Assembly: GCA_010093705.1 (NCBI GenBank)
Contig: MU006112.1
Location: 62,001 to 126,000 of the forward strand
DNA length: 64,000 bases
Direction of reading: 5' to 3'
DNA from: Patellaria atrata CBS 101060
Lineage: Eukaryota
The notes below the pieces were generated by a model. The model was not told the origin of the DNA and did no database searches. It saw only the letters and a list, made by a program, of their open reading frames with translations. Every line of letters begins with the position of its first letter. Position 1 is the stretch's first letter. Of the stretch, positions 12,355 through 23,905 are shown piece by piece. The position numbers and the translations under genes are program-made.

Positions 12355-14583
12355 TTATCGGTCAATAACAGGAGTGGCTTGAAATTCATTTCCAGACATT
12401 CGTTTCCTACGGTCAAATAGCTCACAAAGTTGTGTTGCTTCAAGTCTCATCAAGTATTGTATGTCCGATCCCCTAATTGATAGAAAATAGGCAGCTTTGT
12501 CACCTAGAAGTAGGTCCTGTACCAATAAATTCGGTAGAGGTTTGGGCGAGACAACATCCTCAACATGGCGGACTGTCCCAGCGTAGGTCCAGAATTCTGG
12601 CAACACGCCCGTTTGGTCTTTAAAACTCTGGTCCCGGATTATTGCAACATCAGAGAGGGATAAAGGAGTTTCGAACTGATCACTGGACGCGAAGATGAGT
12701 AAATCCATGATCTTTGATTCTTCCCAGGCCCAGAATTGCATTCTTTCCCTTTCAACTAGTTTCTCTTCGACAACTTCAATTCTAGTGATAGTGAACTCCT
12801 TCGTGTAGCCGTTATCGCCGCGTATTATCGGTAGCACATGCACTCCTTGTGCATAATTCTCCACTCTTCGACTGCTGCTGTTTAACAGGATATATGAGCT
12901 GGTCAAGATGTGGAAGTCGTCGTGGCGTAAGCCTGTAGGGAATGCGTGTTTAAGGCGGCGTTTCAGCGTAATCCCACTACAGTTATTGGGCACCATAACT
13001 CTAGTTTCCATAGAGGGTTGAAGATTTAGGAACTGCTCTAGACCATAATGCCAATGGATCAATATAGACACATTGTCTCTCTTGTTATCTCCAAGTTTAT
13101 TTATGCAGTCATTGCAAAAGAAGTCCTCATTAGGAACAAGCCTTAAAGCTTCTGCGGCGTTTGGTCGGCTAAGGGGACTACGCTCGATCATGTTGGAGAT
13201 TAGGGTTATGAGTTCGTTTTCGTATTCCCAAGGATAGTCATGGTCTCGGGTAGTTGGTAGAAGATGAAGCCAGTTCTTGATGCTTTCTAAGATCCCTGCG
13301 TATGCCCTATCTTTCCCTTGCGCTGTTGAGTTGAATTTATCTCTAAAAAAGTCTTCCGGGGTACATTGGTGGCACAAAGTAGTATATATCTCAAGAAATA
13401 CGCAGCCAAGAGAAAATATATCTGCCTTACGGTCCCTTCTTTCCCCTAAGAGTACCTCTGGGGCCGCGTATCTTCTTGTGAAAGCGTTACCTGTCCCAGA
13501 CGTAAAACTACCATCAAGTTGTGCGAAATCAAGAGCTAGCCCGAAGTCAGTCAGGTATATTTGGTGCTTATGCACCAATATATTCTGGGGTTTGATATCC
13601 TTATGACGGATTGACTGGTTATGGAGAAAGCCAAGTGCAGATGCAAGGCAGCCAAAGAATCGTTCCACAGTCCTACGGGCGCTAAACATACCCTCCCCAG
13701 AATACATAGAATCCAATTCCGGATATAGTTCCATGTACTGGTGAAGATTATATTCAGCCGCCGGTTGGACCAAAATGCCTAGATTATTCCCAGCCTCGTA
13801 AGAGCAGATAAAATGTACCATGTGAGGTTGATATCTTAATCTCTTCAGTATTTGAACCTCTCTTTCGACTTCAGGAACAATTCGCTGTTTCTGATGAGGC
13901 GAAAATTGAAATAATTTCCGAGCATAAACCAATCTATGTTTATCTTTTACCTTATCGACGATGGCGAAGGACCCATGTCCGAGATGAGCAATGTGACGTA
14001 GTGGTACGTCTTGTTTTGAAGGGTAGATAATGTGTGAAAGTTCGCCCTTGGTGAATTCCATGAGACGGTATTGCCAGGATAATAAAATTTCATATATACC
14101 ACTAGTGGGTAGATTCTCCCCGTCGACAAACTTTACATAGAACTTTTTAGCATTTTCACCTTCAAGAGGCATATTGGAGTCCATATATTGAGAGTTTTCG
14201 AGCAATTCTGGAAGCCAATCCTTTTTAAGTCCGATACCTGCTGCAGATAAAGTCCTGAGCAGGACGATCAGCCGACAACGACTTTCTATGCTCGCCATCG
14301 TCTCAGAATGCACGATCGGCTGGTGGGCATATAGTCTAGCATAGACTTCAGCCGTGGACCAACAGATGTCTACTAACATTCTGAGAGTCTCCTTGGCTGG
14401 CCGGTTATCTAATGGGGGAAAAAGTTCCCAAGGGAGCAAATGAGAAAATTCTGTTTCTTCTCCTTCACTGTTAAAGAACTCGATGTGTGAGCGTATTTCA
14501 CTGAATAGAGGTGGCGTAAGATTATAACCCATGATGGGGATAATGCTCTCCATAAAGAGTGAGGGGATAAGAACATTGTTCAT
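12355..14583 (-). CDS. Intronless fungal Ser/Thr protein kinase with long N- and C-terminal extensions
   Basis: LGHGSFAIV, YARK, HKDIKPQNIL, DFG, YAAPE, DIFSLGC and RP motifs, followed by FFCNDC. ATG 14583 is preferred to 14796 because the upstream part looks non-coding. Confidence 0.88.
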   Translation of the reverse strand: MNNVLIPSLFMESIIPIMGYNLTPPLFSEIRSHIEFFNSEGEETEFSHLLPWELFPPLDNRPAKETLRMLVDICWSTAEVYARLYAHQPIVHSETMASIESRCRLIVLLRTLSAAGIGLKKDWLPELLENSQYMDSNMPLEGENAKKFYVKFVDGENLPTSGIYEILLSWQYRLMEFTKGELSHIIYPSKQDVPLRHIAHLGHGSFAIVDKVKDKHRLVYARKLFQFSPHQKQRIVPEVEREVQILKRLRYQPHMVHFICSYEAGNNLGILVQPAAEYNLHQYMELYPELDSMYSGEGMFSARRTVERFFGCLASALGFLHNQSIRHKDIKPQNILVHKHQIYLTDFGLALDFAQLDGSFTSGTGNAFTRRYAAPEVLLGERRDRKADIFSLGCVFLEIYTTLCHQCTPEDFFRDKFNSTAQGKDRAYAGILESIKNWLHLLPTTRDHDYPWEYENELITLISNMIERSPLSRPNAAEALRLVPNEDFFCNDCINKLGDNKRDNVSILIHWHYGLEQFLNLQPSMETRVMVPNNCSGITLKRRLKHAFPTGLRHDDFHILTSSYILLNSSSRRVENYAQGVHVLPIIRGDNGYTKEFTITRIEVVEEKLVERERMQFWAWEESKIMDLLIFASSDQFETPLSLSDVAIIRDQSFKDQTGVLPEFWTYAGTVRHVEDVVSPKPLPNLLVQDLLLGDKAAYFLSIRGSDIQYLMRLEATQLCELFDRRKRMSGNEFQATPVIDR

Positions 14584-15504
14584 TATAGAGGGCTGGAACC
14601 GAGGAAAGAAAAAGAATCCAGAAGCACGAAAGTTGGTAAGGGGAGAGACAGACTCTAGAGACTGGTGAAACCGAATGAGGTTGTCGATGCTTGAACACCA
14701 ACAAAGCTTTACGTAGATGCCGGAGTAGACTAAGCTATACTTATAAAACTGTTGTACAGTACACGGCGAGGCTGGCTCTAATCCACGACGCCACATACTG
14801 TATGTAGTTCTACTTCATACTTACCATGCATGCATTGCCACACTCGATACGGTAAGTAAATATAAAAACGCTAGATTCCAGAGAGACTTATTAGATGAAA
14901 CCACTTACGAAGGAGTGTGAATGAATTCTGCTGTTCAATCATTTCAATTTCCTTTTGATCGCACTGTTGGTTCCTTAGGTGCAGACAGTACAAATAAGGC
15001 CCTGTTCTCGTAGGTAGAATTAGTCTTAAATCGGATGATTTCCGGTGTAATTATCAAGACAGTCCAAAATATAGGTAACACATCAGTTACCGTTTCTTAT
15101 ACAGTACGAAGTTGTAAACCATTCTGTACCTCATGTAATATCCTTGTTCAAGAGATTACTGTACTGTAAAGTGTTCAAGGCCGTCGGATGTTGATTACCA
15201 ACAGGATCATCATGCTTGTCGTTACCCCTCATATGCAACAAGTGTACAACAAGTTGTCCCGTCCAGGCAACAGCAAAGATATGGGGTACTAAGGAGATTA
15301 TAAGCTGGAGCTCTGAATGAAGCTCTGGATAGCTTTTTTGCACCTTCGCCAATCCATTCTCTGATTGTTTACGCGTCCTCGTCCCCTTTTACGACGTATT
15401 CCTACGTACGTCGTACTCGACGAGCTGGGTTCGTCTGATCACTAAGACGTTCTTCATCGGTGAATCAATTATTTATGTAGGATACTGGCTCCTATTAGCA
15501 CACA

Positions 15505-17706
15505 ATGAGTCAACCTACCGCACTCTCGCACGATGAGAAGCAGTTGCTCCTGCGGGACGGCGATGTTGTTTGCATAGGGCGAGGGTCAGCGAAACCCCAA
15601 AGCAGCCCTAAGATACGATCCTTCATTCAAGGCATCATTGCGGTGCTACTTGCGGGATTCATATGTTCTCAATGGATTATGAAGGTAGAAGTAGAACCGG
15701 ATACTGAAGAAGATAACCCTTGGGCCATCGTAGACGGCATTCGGGATGGATTCGAAGATGTGAGTAAAAGCACCACATTCTACTTGGGTCGCACTCATCA
15801 ACTCGTACAGATTGCCCCTAGCACAAAGCTCGAATGGCACGAATGCTATAACAAATTCTTATGCGCTCGTCTTACAGTCCCAATGGACTACCACCGCCCC
15901 CTTGAAGCATCCTCCGACAACCCTAAAGTCGATATAGCGTTATTAATGCTTCCTGGGCTCAACCATAGTCTCACAAAGAACTGGTCTACGTCTCCACTTC
16001 TCATCAATCCTGGCGGGCCAGGTGGACCAGGAACAAGTGCTGCAGCTGCATTCGGTCCCAGGCTCCGTAGTGTTGTCGGTTATGACCAAGATATCATTGG
16101 GTTTGATCCGCGTGGTATACAATATACAACACCATTAGCTGATTGCTTTAGCTTCCCGGGTCCATCGGGGGAGACTTCAGAGGATGATATTCATCGTGGA
16201 GTCTTTCATCGATTGGCGTGGGCTACGATGGGTAAAGAAGTGGGAATGGTCAATTCGAGCGATGCAGCCCTGCAGAAGCTAGATCACCGTGCAAGAGGGG
16301 TATCGAAACTCTGCGGAGAAAAAGACAAACTATATGGAAATGATAGCATTTTGAGACATGTTGATACTCCGAATGTAGCTAGGGACATGCTCTCTATCAT
16401 CGATGCGTGGGATGCTTGGGTCGAGGAGGAAAAAGCGAAAAAGCAGACAGTTGTGAACTGTGGAGTGCAGCATGACAAACCAGATAATGGAGCAGTCGAT
16501 CCTCTCGATACCAAGGGAAAGCTCGTGTACTGGGGATTCAGTTATGGAAGTCTTCTTGGTGCTACATTTGCGGCCATGTTTCCAGACCGTGTTGGACGCG
16601 TCATTCTTGACGGCGTCGTCGATGCAGACCATTATGTCGCCCCAATTTGGAGCGAAAGCATACAGGATACGGACAAAGTCCTCTCGATGTTCTACCGGCA
16701 CTGCGTCATGGTAGCATCAAAGTGTTCCTTCTTCCGACCATTTGATACCGAAACCACCCTTGCGGCCCGTCTACACGAGGTTGAAGCCCGTTTACGAAAT
16801 AATCCTATCGTCACTGTAGATAAATACAGCAATGCTCCCAGCGTCTTTTCTTATAGCGACCTCCGCTTGTTACTCTTCTCAATCATGTACTCCCCAGTCC
16901 AACTCTTCCCCATCCTCTCAGACATCCTAAACTACATTTACGAAGAAGACACCGAATTCTTTTCCCGGGGCTGGGGAGCGTATCTCGACTACAAACCTTT
17001 CTGCACCAATGACTCCCTCGGGCCTATCGAACGAGCCGGCGAGGCTCAACTCGCCATCATGTGCAGCGACAAGCGCTACCCGCTCAACGAAACCGTCCAC
17101 AACCTGAACCACCTCTTCAAGAAGCTCTCAAAGCACTCCTCCTTCGCGGACGTCTGGGTCTCCGTCATGATGGGCTGCGACGGATGGGAAATTGAAGCCG
17201 AAGACCCGCCTATGCGCTGGGACGATCATCCCGTGCACAAACCCAAACCGATCAAGACATTCTTCCCTGTCCTCTTCCTCTCTAACTCCGCTGATCCGGT
17301 CACTCCGCTTGCTGCGGGCGTGCTCATGGCGCGCAAGTTCGTCGATGCTGGCCTTGTGGAGCAAGAGTCAGGAGGCCATTGCTCTATCTCGACTGTCTCA
17401 CAGTGCACGATTCAGAAGGTGCGCGAGTACTTCCATGAGGGCAAAGTTCCGCCCCATCCGAGTAAGTTGGAGGATGCGGAGTGGACGCGCTGCAGTGCGG
17501 ATGAGTGGCCGTGGCAGCCGTATCAGGAGCAGCAGTGGTTGGATCAGCAGTTTGCCGCGGCAGATGCGGATGTGGATGTTACTGAGCTGTATGCAACAGC
17601 GGAAAGAATGAGTGCGTGGCAGGGGATGCAGAAGGAGAGTTTGGGGTGGGAATGGTGGGGAAGGGATAGGGAGATGATGAAGAGGTTAAGAGGCATGTTG
17701 GATTAA
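15505..17706 (+). CDS. Alpha/beta hydrolase, TAP-like (tripeptidyl aminopeptidase family), N-terminal TM anchor
   Basis: NPGGPGG, GFDPRG, nucleophile GFSYG, LDGV, DPVTP, GHC motifs. Probable in-frame intron 15760-15810 (GTGAGT..CAG). Confidence 0.9.
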   Translation: MSQPTALSHDEKQLLLRDGDVVCIGRGSAKPQSSPKIRSFIQGIIAVLLAGFICSQWIMKVEVEPDTEEDNPWAIVDGIRDGFEDVSKSTTFYLGRTHQLVQIAPSTKLEWHECYNKFLCARLTVPMDYHRPLEASSDNPKVDIALLMLPGLNHSLTKNWSTSPLLINPGGPGGPGTSAAAAFGPRLRSVVGYDQDIIGFDPRGIQYTTPLADCFSFPGPSGETSEDDIHRGVFHRLAWATMGKEVGMVNSSDAALQKLDHRARGVSKLCGEKDKLYGNDSILRHVDTPNVARDMLSIIDAWDAWVEEEKAKKQTVVNCGVQHDKPDNGAVDPLDTKGKLVYWGFSYGSLLGATFAAMFPDRVGRVILDGVVDADHYVAPIWSESIQDTDKVLSMFYRHCVMVASKCSFFRPFDTETTLAARLHEVEARLRNNPIVTVDKYSNAPSVFSYSDLRLLLFSIMYSPVQLFPILSDILNYIYEEDTEFFSRGWGAYLDYKPFCTNDSLGPIERAGEAQLAIMCSDKRYPLNETVHNLNHLFKKLSKHSSFADVWVSVMMGCDGWEIEAEDPPMRWDDHPVHKPKPIKTFFPVLFLSNSADPVTPLAAGVLMARKFVDAGLVEQESGGHCSISTVSQCTIQKVREYFHEGKVPPHPSKLEDAEWTRCSADEWPWQPYQEQQWLDQQFAAADADVDVTELYATAERMSAWQGMQKESLGWEWWGRDREMMKRLRGMLD

Positions 17707-18893
17707 GGTTGGGTTGGATGTTGAGATGTTATAATGTGAAAGGGGCATATATGGCTGGTATCTCCCGTCTCACTCCACCGCTAATAGATTTGTATACATA
17801 TGGGATGTGCCTTTTTTAAAAAAAATATATATATACATAATAATCTACGGAGATAGCCTTGGGGCAGGCTGGACCACAGGACGAATTGGAACTATTAGCC
17901 AGAGCTATAGATCTATCCTTCAAGTCCATTTCTCTTCCAAAGTTGTCCATTATTGAAGACTTGTCCAGGGGAATACTAGAACTACTATATATACCTACGC
18001 TCCAAACATTCCTCAATTCCCTCAATCGCACCCATGTGAATCTCTTCAGCATATATCCGCGGATATTAAAAAAGATTCTCCCCCAGAAGAATGATCCGCA
18101 TACACCCTCCCATCCTATCTGCACACCTTTACCCCCGAATATACGATCTACGCGTCCACGATACCTTCTTCGGCGATATGTAGCGAATGTAACCAAAAAC
18201 CTCACAGGGGATTCAAGTACTGCCTTATTTATTCTCACGACTGTGCAATTCGGCGAATATCTCTTCTACCCACCATCGTGCTCTGATGATTGGTATACCG
18301 CAAGTGAACGTACAGTACAGTACACATTGATAATCCGTACAACAAACACCGTTTACGTACCTCACCACCGTCCCCTAAATATACCCCTCCTTAGCCACAA
18401 AACACACCCCGACCCCACAACGGCACGCCCCGCACCCCTCGCCAAGCGAGCGCCAATCGCCCGCATGGGTCTGCTATCAGATCTGATAGGGCGCCCCTTG
18501 CGTTATAAAACAAAATACGATCATCATACTACATTACCTGACCTTCCTGTTGCGTCTGTATGCCCGTTTTAACTTCCACGCCTTGCCTGGTAGCGTGGGC
18601 CTGTGCTTACTGGATGAGAAAGAAGAGGGGAGACGATATCTAGTTATCTGGCCCATGTGGGCTTATCACTGGTTTGCGATGGGGAGTGATTGAGATTGCG
18701 GAGCGGTCCGATGGGAGGGAGTTGGGGGAGGTGGTACAGGGGCTGGTGTGTATATAAGGGTTGTGGGATCGCTGTGGGGATGTGGAGAGAGTGGTAGCAG
18801 GCATTCTGTTCCTTTCCGTTGCTACAGTTCCGACGTTGGGGGTTGTTTTTTTGCGTTGCTTAGGTCTCGCTGTATCGCCTTGTTACTGTCAAG

Positions 18894-19731
18894 ATGCAGT
18901 TCCAATTGAAGGACATGTTGGGTGTTGGCCTTGCGCTCGTGAGCCTCACCGGTGCTATCCCTTTGCCCACGCCCCCGAACATCCCTTCTGCTGCGACGGC
19001 GAGGTCGGAATTGGCGGCTTTGACGGTGGCGCCGGCAGGGTCGTCGAGCGGGTACAGTCGTGACCTGTTCCCGCATTGGATTATCCAGGTTGGTGTTACT
19101 CCTCTACGGCTTTAGAGGGATGATAGTACTGATTACCAACTAGTCTGGGAGTTGCGATACTCGTGAAGTGGTTCTAAAGCGCGATGGTACGAACGTGGTT
19201 CAAAGCTCTAGCTGTTCAGCAACCTCTGGAAGATGGTACAGCCCATACGATGGTGCAACGTGGACCGCAGCGAGCGATGTAGACATCGACCATATGGTTC
19301 CTTTAGCGAATGCGTGGAAGGTAAGCGCGTCCCAATCTTATACACTCCTAGCTCTTACCACACTCCTAATTTTCCTACTGTGCAAGGATAGAAAAAGAAC
19401 TTCTGCTAATTATACATAGTCTGGCGCTTCTTCATGGACCACAGCGAGAAGACAATCCTTCGCCAATGATCTTTCGAATCCTCAACTCATAGCCGTGACT
19501 GATAATGTGAACTCTGCAAAAGGAGATAAGAGCCCCGATGCGTGGAAGCCTCCTCTTGGTATGTGATCACTCGTATATAGCGGGTTACAGCGGCTAGAGA
19601 ACTAACGGATATTTCTAGCTTCGTATCATTGCACATATGCTAGGATGTGGGTTAGAGTTAAGTATGCCTGGGGTTTGAAAGTAACTTCGGCAGAGAAGTC
19701 TGCATTGACTACCATGTTGAATACCTGTTAG
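18894..19731 (+). CDS. Secreted HNH-type nuclease (DUF1524 family)
   Basis: Exons 18894-19088, 19144-19320, 19420-19558, 19619-19731. Signal peptide, GYSRDLFPHW, CDTREVVLKRDG, DIDHMVPL.NAW.SGA, FAND, N.AKGDK.PD.W.PP. Confidence 0.92.
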
Positions 19732-19786
19732 AAGTGGTACTAGGAAGGTTCACCTGGCTACTTCCTGATAGATATCTCGGATTATT

Positions 19787-20708
19787 CTACTCCTGACTTT
19801 GGAGCAGCGCTTCTCTTTCCCGGTTGTTAATTCCTTCTTCCGGTGCACTAAAACAGAAGATAGATGTAAGCTATGAAGGAATTTACAAACTTAGAATAGA
19901 TACTTACGCAACAAATCCAATAAATGTTAAAACGTAAAAACCCCCCAGGAATGTTTCCGTCCATTCTAGGCAGCCGGCGATCCTATAATAACCTTCATAC
20001 AACAAAGCGATGAATGAGACACCGATACCAACTTGACATAAGACGAGAACGGTACTTATCATGCAACTAATCTTCCGTTAGCGTCTGGCCAACAATATCA
20101 CGGCAACTTCCCTCTTGAAACATCAACTTACTAAGTCCGTAGACGTTTAAAGGGCGAAGGCGTTAGGATTTGATCGAAATACACAACTGCAGTACAGAGA
20201 CATGTGACGAAGAGGCCACCGAAGCAAATCATAAGAAGTATCCTATGCTTCTTATGATAGCGGAATGTATCCATGGCCGACAATAGACTGAGCGAGATCC
20301 CAGCGATCGTACCGGCCATGACAGAAGTAAGGGAAATAGTCTTCTTCCACCGAGCATCGTCAATACCATACATACGAGGATCGTAGCGAGCCCAGTGCAC
20401 GGAGTAGATAGTTCCTATAAACGCGAATCCAGTGATGGTACTACCAATAAAGAAGACCGGTTTGAGTTGGAAGGCGGCGATATTAGATATAAAGCTGTTC
20501 CTATTAGTGACCATAATTTCTATCCTTAATGAAAAACAGCTTACGCAACATATGGGTTTGTCTGATGGGGATATCTAGGCATGCCTTTGGCTATCCAAGT
20601 TATTAATAAGGCCGTAAGAGTAAGGAGCCATGACGCTCCGGAAACAAAAGGGAATAACCAGAGATGTCGTGGAGGGACTCTAAGATGAGAAGGAAACTTA
20701 ATTCCCAT
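19787..20708 (-). CDS. Frag1/DRAM/Sfk1-family multi-pass membrane protein
   Basis: Exons 20708-20545, 20494-20132, 20066-19908, 19847-19787. FISNIAA..LKPVF, MDT.RY...H and LEW motifs, about six hydrophobic segments. Confidence 0.85.
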
Positions 20709-23700
20709 ATCTACGGTACCCACGTTACAGGAATAGGAGGCTTATGGTTTCTAACGAACCTGGGAACATATGGAACTTTAAGCTGAAGAATTATCACAAG
20801 GTGAGGTAGAGATGCAAAAACCTTGGAGGATTCGGAGTCACCCCCGCTCCGAACAGTTACCTATGAGTGATGATCCTCGACTAGGGTTGTAGAATAGATA
20901 AAGGAACAATACGGCCAAAACAGAATATAAGAAAGATTGTACAAGTTTTTCTAGCAGATCCTTTTCTTTATTACTCCACCGCTGATTTGTCTATGTAAAA
21001 TGAAACGCTTTGAGCCTAGGCTACGGTTGAGCGTCATAAGTACGATGTTGTATTAACCTACTTGAATGACATTATTTTGGGCGAGAGTTAATAAGCTGGC
21101 GATGGTCCTATGTAGGCATTACACCTTGAAAATTTGCATTTATTGACTCACTCGCTCTCAGTGATTTTTTGTGGAAGAATGAAAAGGTAGATGTGGGCTA
21201 AAAGCTTTCTTCCTTTATGAGTATAAACATCTCAATCATGTGCAACAATAAAAGAGATATGTTAGCATAGCATACTTGACTGCAGCTTCGCGGGCCACAA
21301 TCGCACAGTAACATAATACGATCCTAAGAAGGTACAACCACCCGTACCGGGAAAGTTTTGCTGTTTCGTAGAACGCTGTTATTAGTTGAAAAATATGATT
21401 TTTGGGGACGATGGGATACACCCTCGGCTCTGCGGGTATCCCGTTCTTATGTAGTACGTAGACGATGGCATGTGGATTTACGTATACAGTACAAGACCCT
21501 TCGTACTTAGGATAGCTTACGACCATAGAGGTCAACTACTTAAGTCTGTCAGATTCTGGGAGTATGCATGATAACGAGATCCATGCTCGATAGGCGCTCC
21601 TTTGGCTTCCCTCGGGCTATGAAGCGCTGGTTTGCGTCCTTTTGATCATAGAACCGTAGAAGATCCAGAAGCTGCTCCAGAAGCCATCAGAACACACCTT
21701 GGTTTATGAGTAGCCACGGCGCTGTGACAGCTGGTATCTGCCAGTCAACCAGAAAGGGTCTGAGACACATACGCACGCAAAAGCGGAGAAGCAACATGAT
21801 AGAGTGGATGATAGGTTCACGTACAAGACCGTCACTATGCCGCTATGCATAACTGCTTGTGGAGCATTCAGAACAGTGCGTGTTGGAGTTGCATGTTTGA
21901 GGACGGCTGATGATCCAACTCCACTATTTGACAAAGATGAATACGCTGTAGAAGAGTACCATGGATCTCCAAAGGCCGCCAAAAGTATAGTCCTAATTGT
22001 GGATTCTAACTCTTTAAGACAAGGTCAAGATACGCACTGTGCAATTGAGAGCGTCCTTACCCAGAGAGATGCAGAAAGTGCGCATGATGCAGGAGCGCGA
22101 CGTTTATGTTCCTTCGCGTCCGCGGCCTCGAAGATCTGGAGGCGGCTGAAGCGGAGCGAACAAGATCGTGGACTATTTTGCTTGGTGGTATAAACGGTCT
22201 GAGAGCCTTTAGTGAAAGCATACTAGTCGTGCTAGTAGTATAGCTGCGTTCACGACAGCCCGGTCGTTTATCAGGTCAAAAGTCAAGAGTGTATAGTAGA
22301 AAAAGCATGCAGCATACAGTACTTCCGTGTCTTTCCACTTCGCTAACTAGTATCGTGATTCGTGTGCAAAGCCAATTGAAGCTCATGCAGGTCTCTTGTT
22401 TGGTCCACCGACACGACAGCGAGCATGGTATATGAGCATGGTTGTCATGGACCACGATCCAACAGGCCCATTGAAAGTCACATTAACCCACATTAAAGTG
22501 TGCATCAATGTAGATTGGGAATCCAGAGACGCATTCAGGTAGAAGGTGGTTCATTTTGAGCTCGAGAGGTGCTCGGGGTGGATAGAACTAGCGCTTGTTC
22601 TCGACTTGGCGAGCACGTCAAAAACGCGCTGAATACGCGTAACGTGTTAGTTTCGCTCTTCTGGTTAAGCAACTTCTGCCGTCCGGATACAACACAGTAT
22701 GCCTATCCACCTACGATACCTTTCTTTGTACTGAATGGTTTTTGAAGAAATTGGAAAGTGTAAAACCGTGTACAAGGAGAAAGTATTACTTTTGAGCCTC
22801 ATGTTCAAGTGCAATTGAAAACTGGGATAAAGTTCTGCTCTGATTGTTGTTCTGCCTTGATTTTTGAAGACCTTGACGATCTAGGGCGTCGGGGAACTCA
22901 GGCGCAGAATAGGTCACGCTTGTGTAGTTCTTGATGAATGATAAGTGGTTTTGATGCAAAGCTACGTTAGAAGTCGCCTGCAAATGCTTGTCCAGAGAGT
23001 TAAAAAAAGGGAAAAATGGACTGAGAAGTGCTGGCTGTGCTCTGTGTGCCTTAGCGCTGTCTTGTCCACTCTGATACTTCGTTGGGCCCGACCTTCTCTC
23101 TTTCCGAATAATTCTTCACCACTTTTACTATCATCTCCCTCATTTTGGACATCACGTCTCCCTTCCGTCTAATTTCCTTTGTGTGCTTTACGATTTCCAT
23201 CAATTCTTTTGGAATAATGCAAACGACGTTCTGCAACTATCCATATCCCGTGTCCTTTTGAACCCGTCGGTAAATCACTTGCACCCGAACGGCCGTTTGT
23301 AGACAAGCGAGCCAACCTTCCTTGTCCGACTGCCCCCATCACAAGGTCACCTCGTCCGCCCTCGACCTCGCGCCAACCACCAAACTCTTAACCATTGTCC
23401 AACTGCTTGTACAATTGCCTTCACCGGTGAACGTCCACCTATCTTTTGGATCGCACTTCTACGACTTTTGGGACTCCCGTCTTATTCTTGCGCTCCTCGA
23501 ACAACGGCACACCATCACCCGGAACTTGAACTTTGTGGAACCTACTACGACGAGAAAATATCTCCGTCTCTTGAATGCGACACAAGTCATACAACTTGAG
23601 ACCTTAGAGACAATATAGACAGATATCTTGACTCATCAGTCTCCACGAATTTGAGTTCACGCGCGACGATACCAACAGGATCAGGCCGTTTTCCGCTCGA

Positions 23701-23905
23701 GTCCACCCTAGAAGCAGCCGTCGCGCGTCGCGAATCTCGACTCGAAGGCGCGATCCCTTTGATAACACATACACTCATTACTTCTGGGAATACGATTGCG
23801 ATGCGCGATTGAATCAGTATATTTCTTTCGCTGTCATCGGACAGGATTTTGAATCCGCTCCTCCTCGACTACCCCGTTGGAGCGAGAAAATCATCTTCAT
23901 TCAAT

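Noticed and set aside
14584..14796. 5' extension of the 813-aa kinase ORF (MWRRGLEP...)
   Set aside because: Looks non-coding (T-rich FFFF stretch, and it contains TACWGTA motifs otherwise seen only outside exons); ATG 14583 or a later ATG is more likely.
8738..17706. P450 plus hydrolase as a secondary-metabolite cluster
   Set aside because: No backbone synthase, transporter or pathway regulator in the window.
17816..18572. 237-aa + strand and 140-aa - strand ORFs
   Set aside because: Non-ATG starts, no recognisable motif, and they run into the skewed nuclease promoter.
21236..22193. Several 90-130 aa ORFs and one short intron-like segment
   Set aside because: No consistent spliced frame or family motif could be built.
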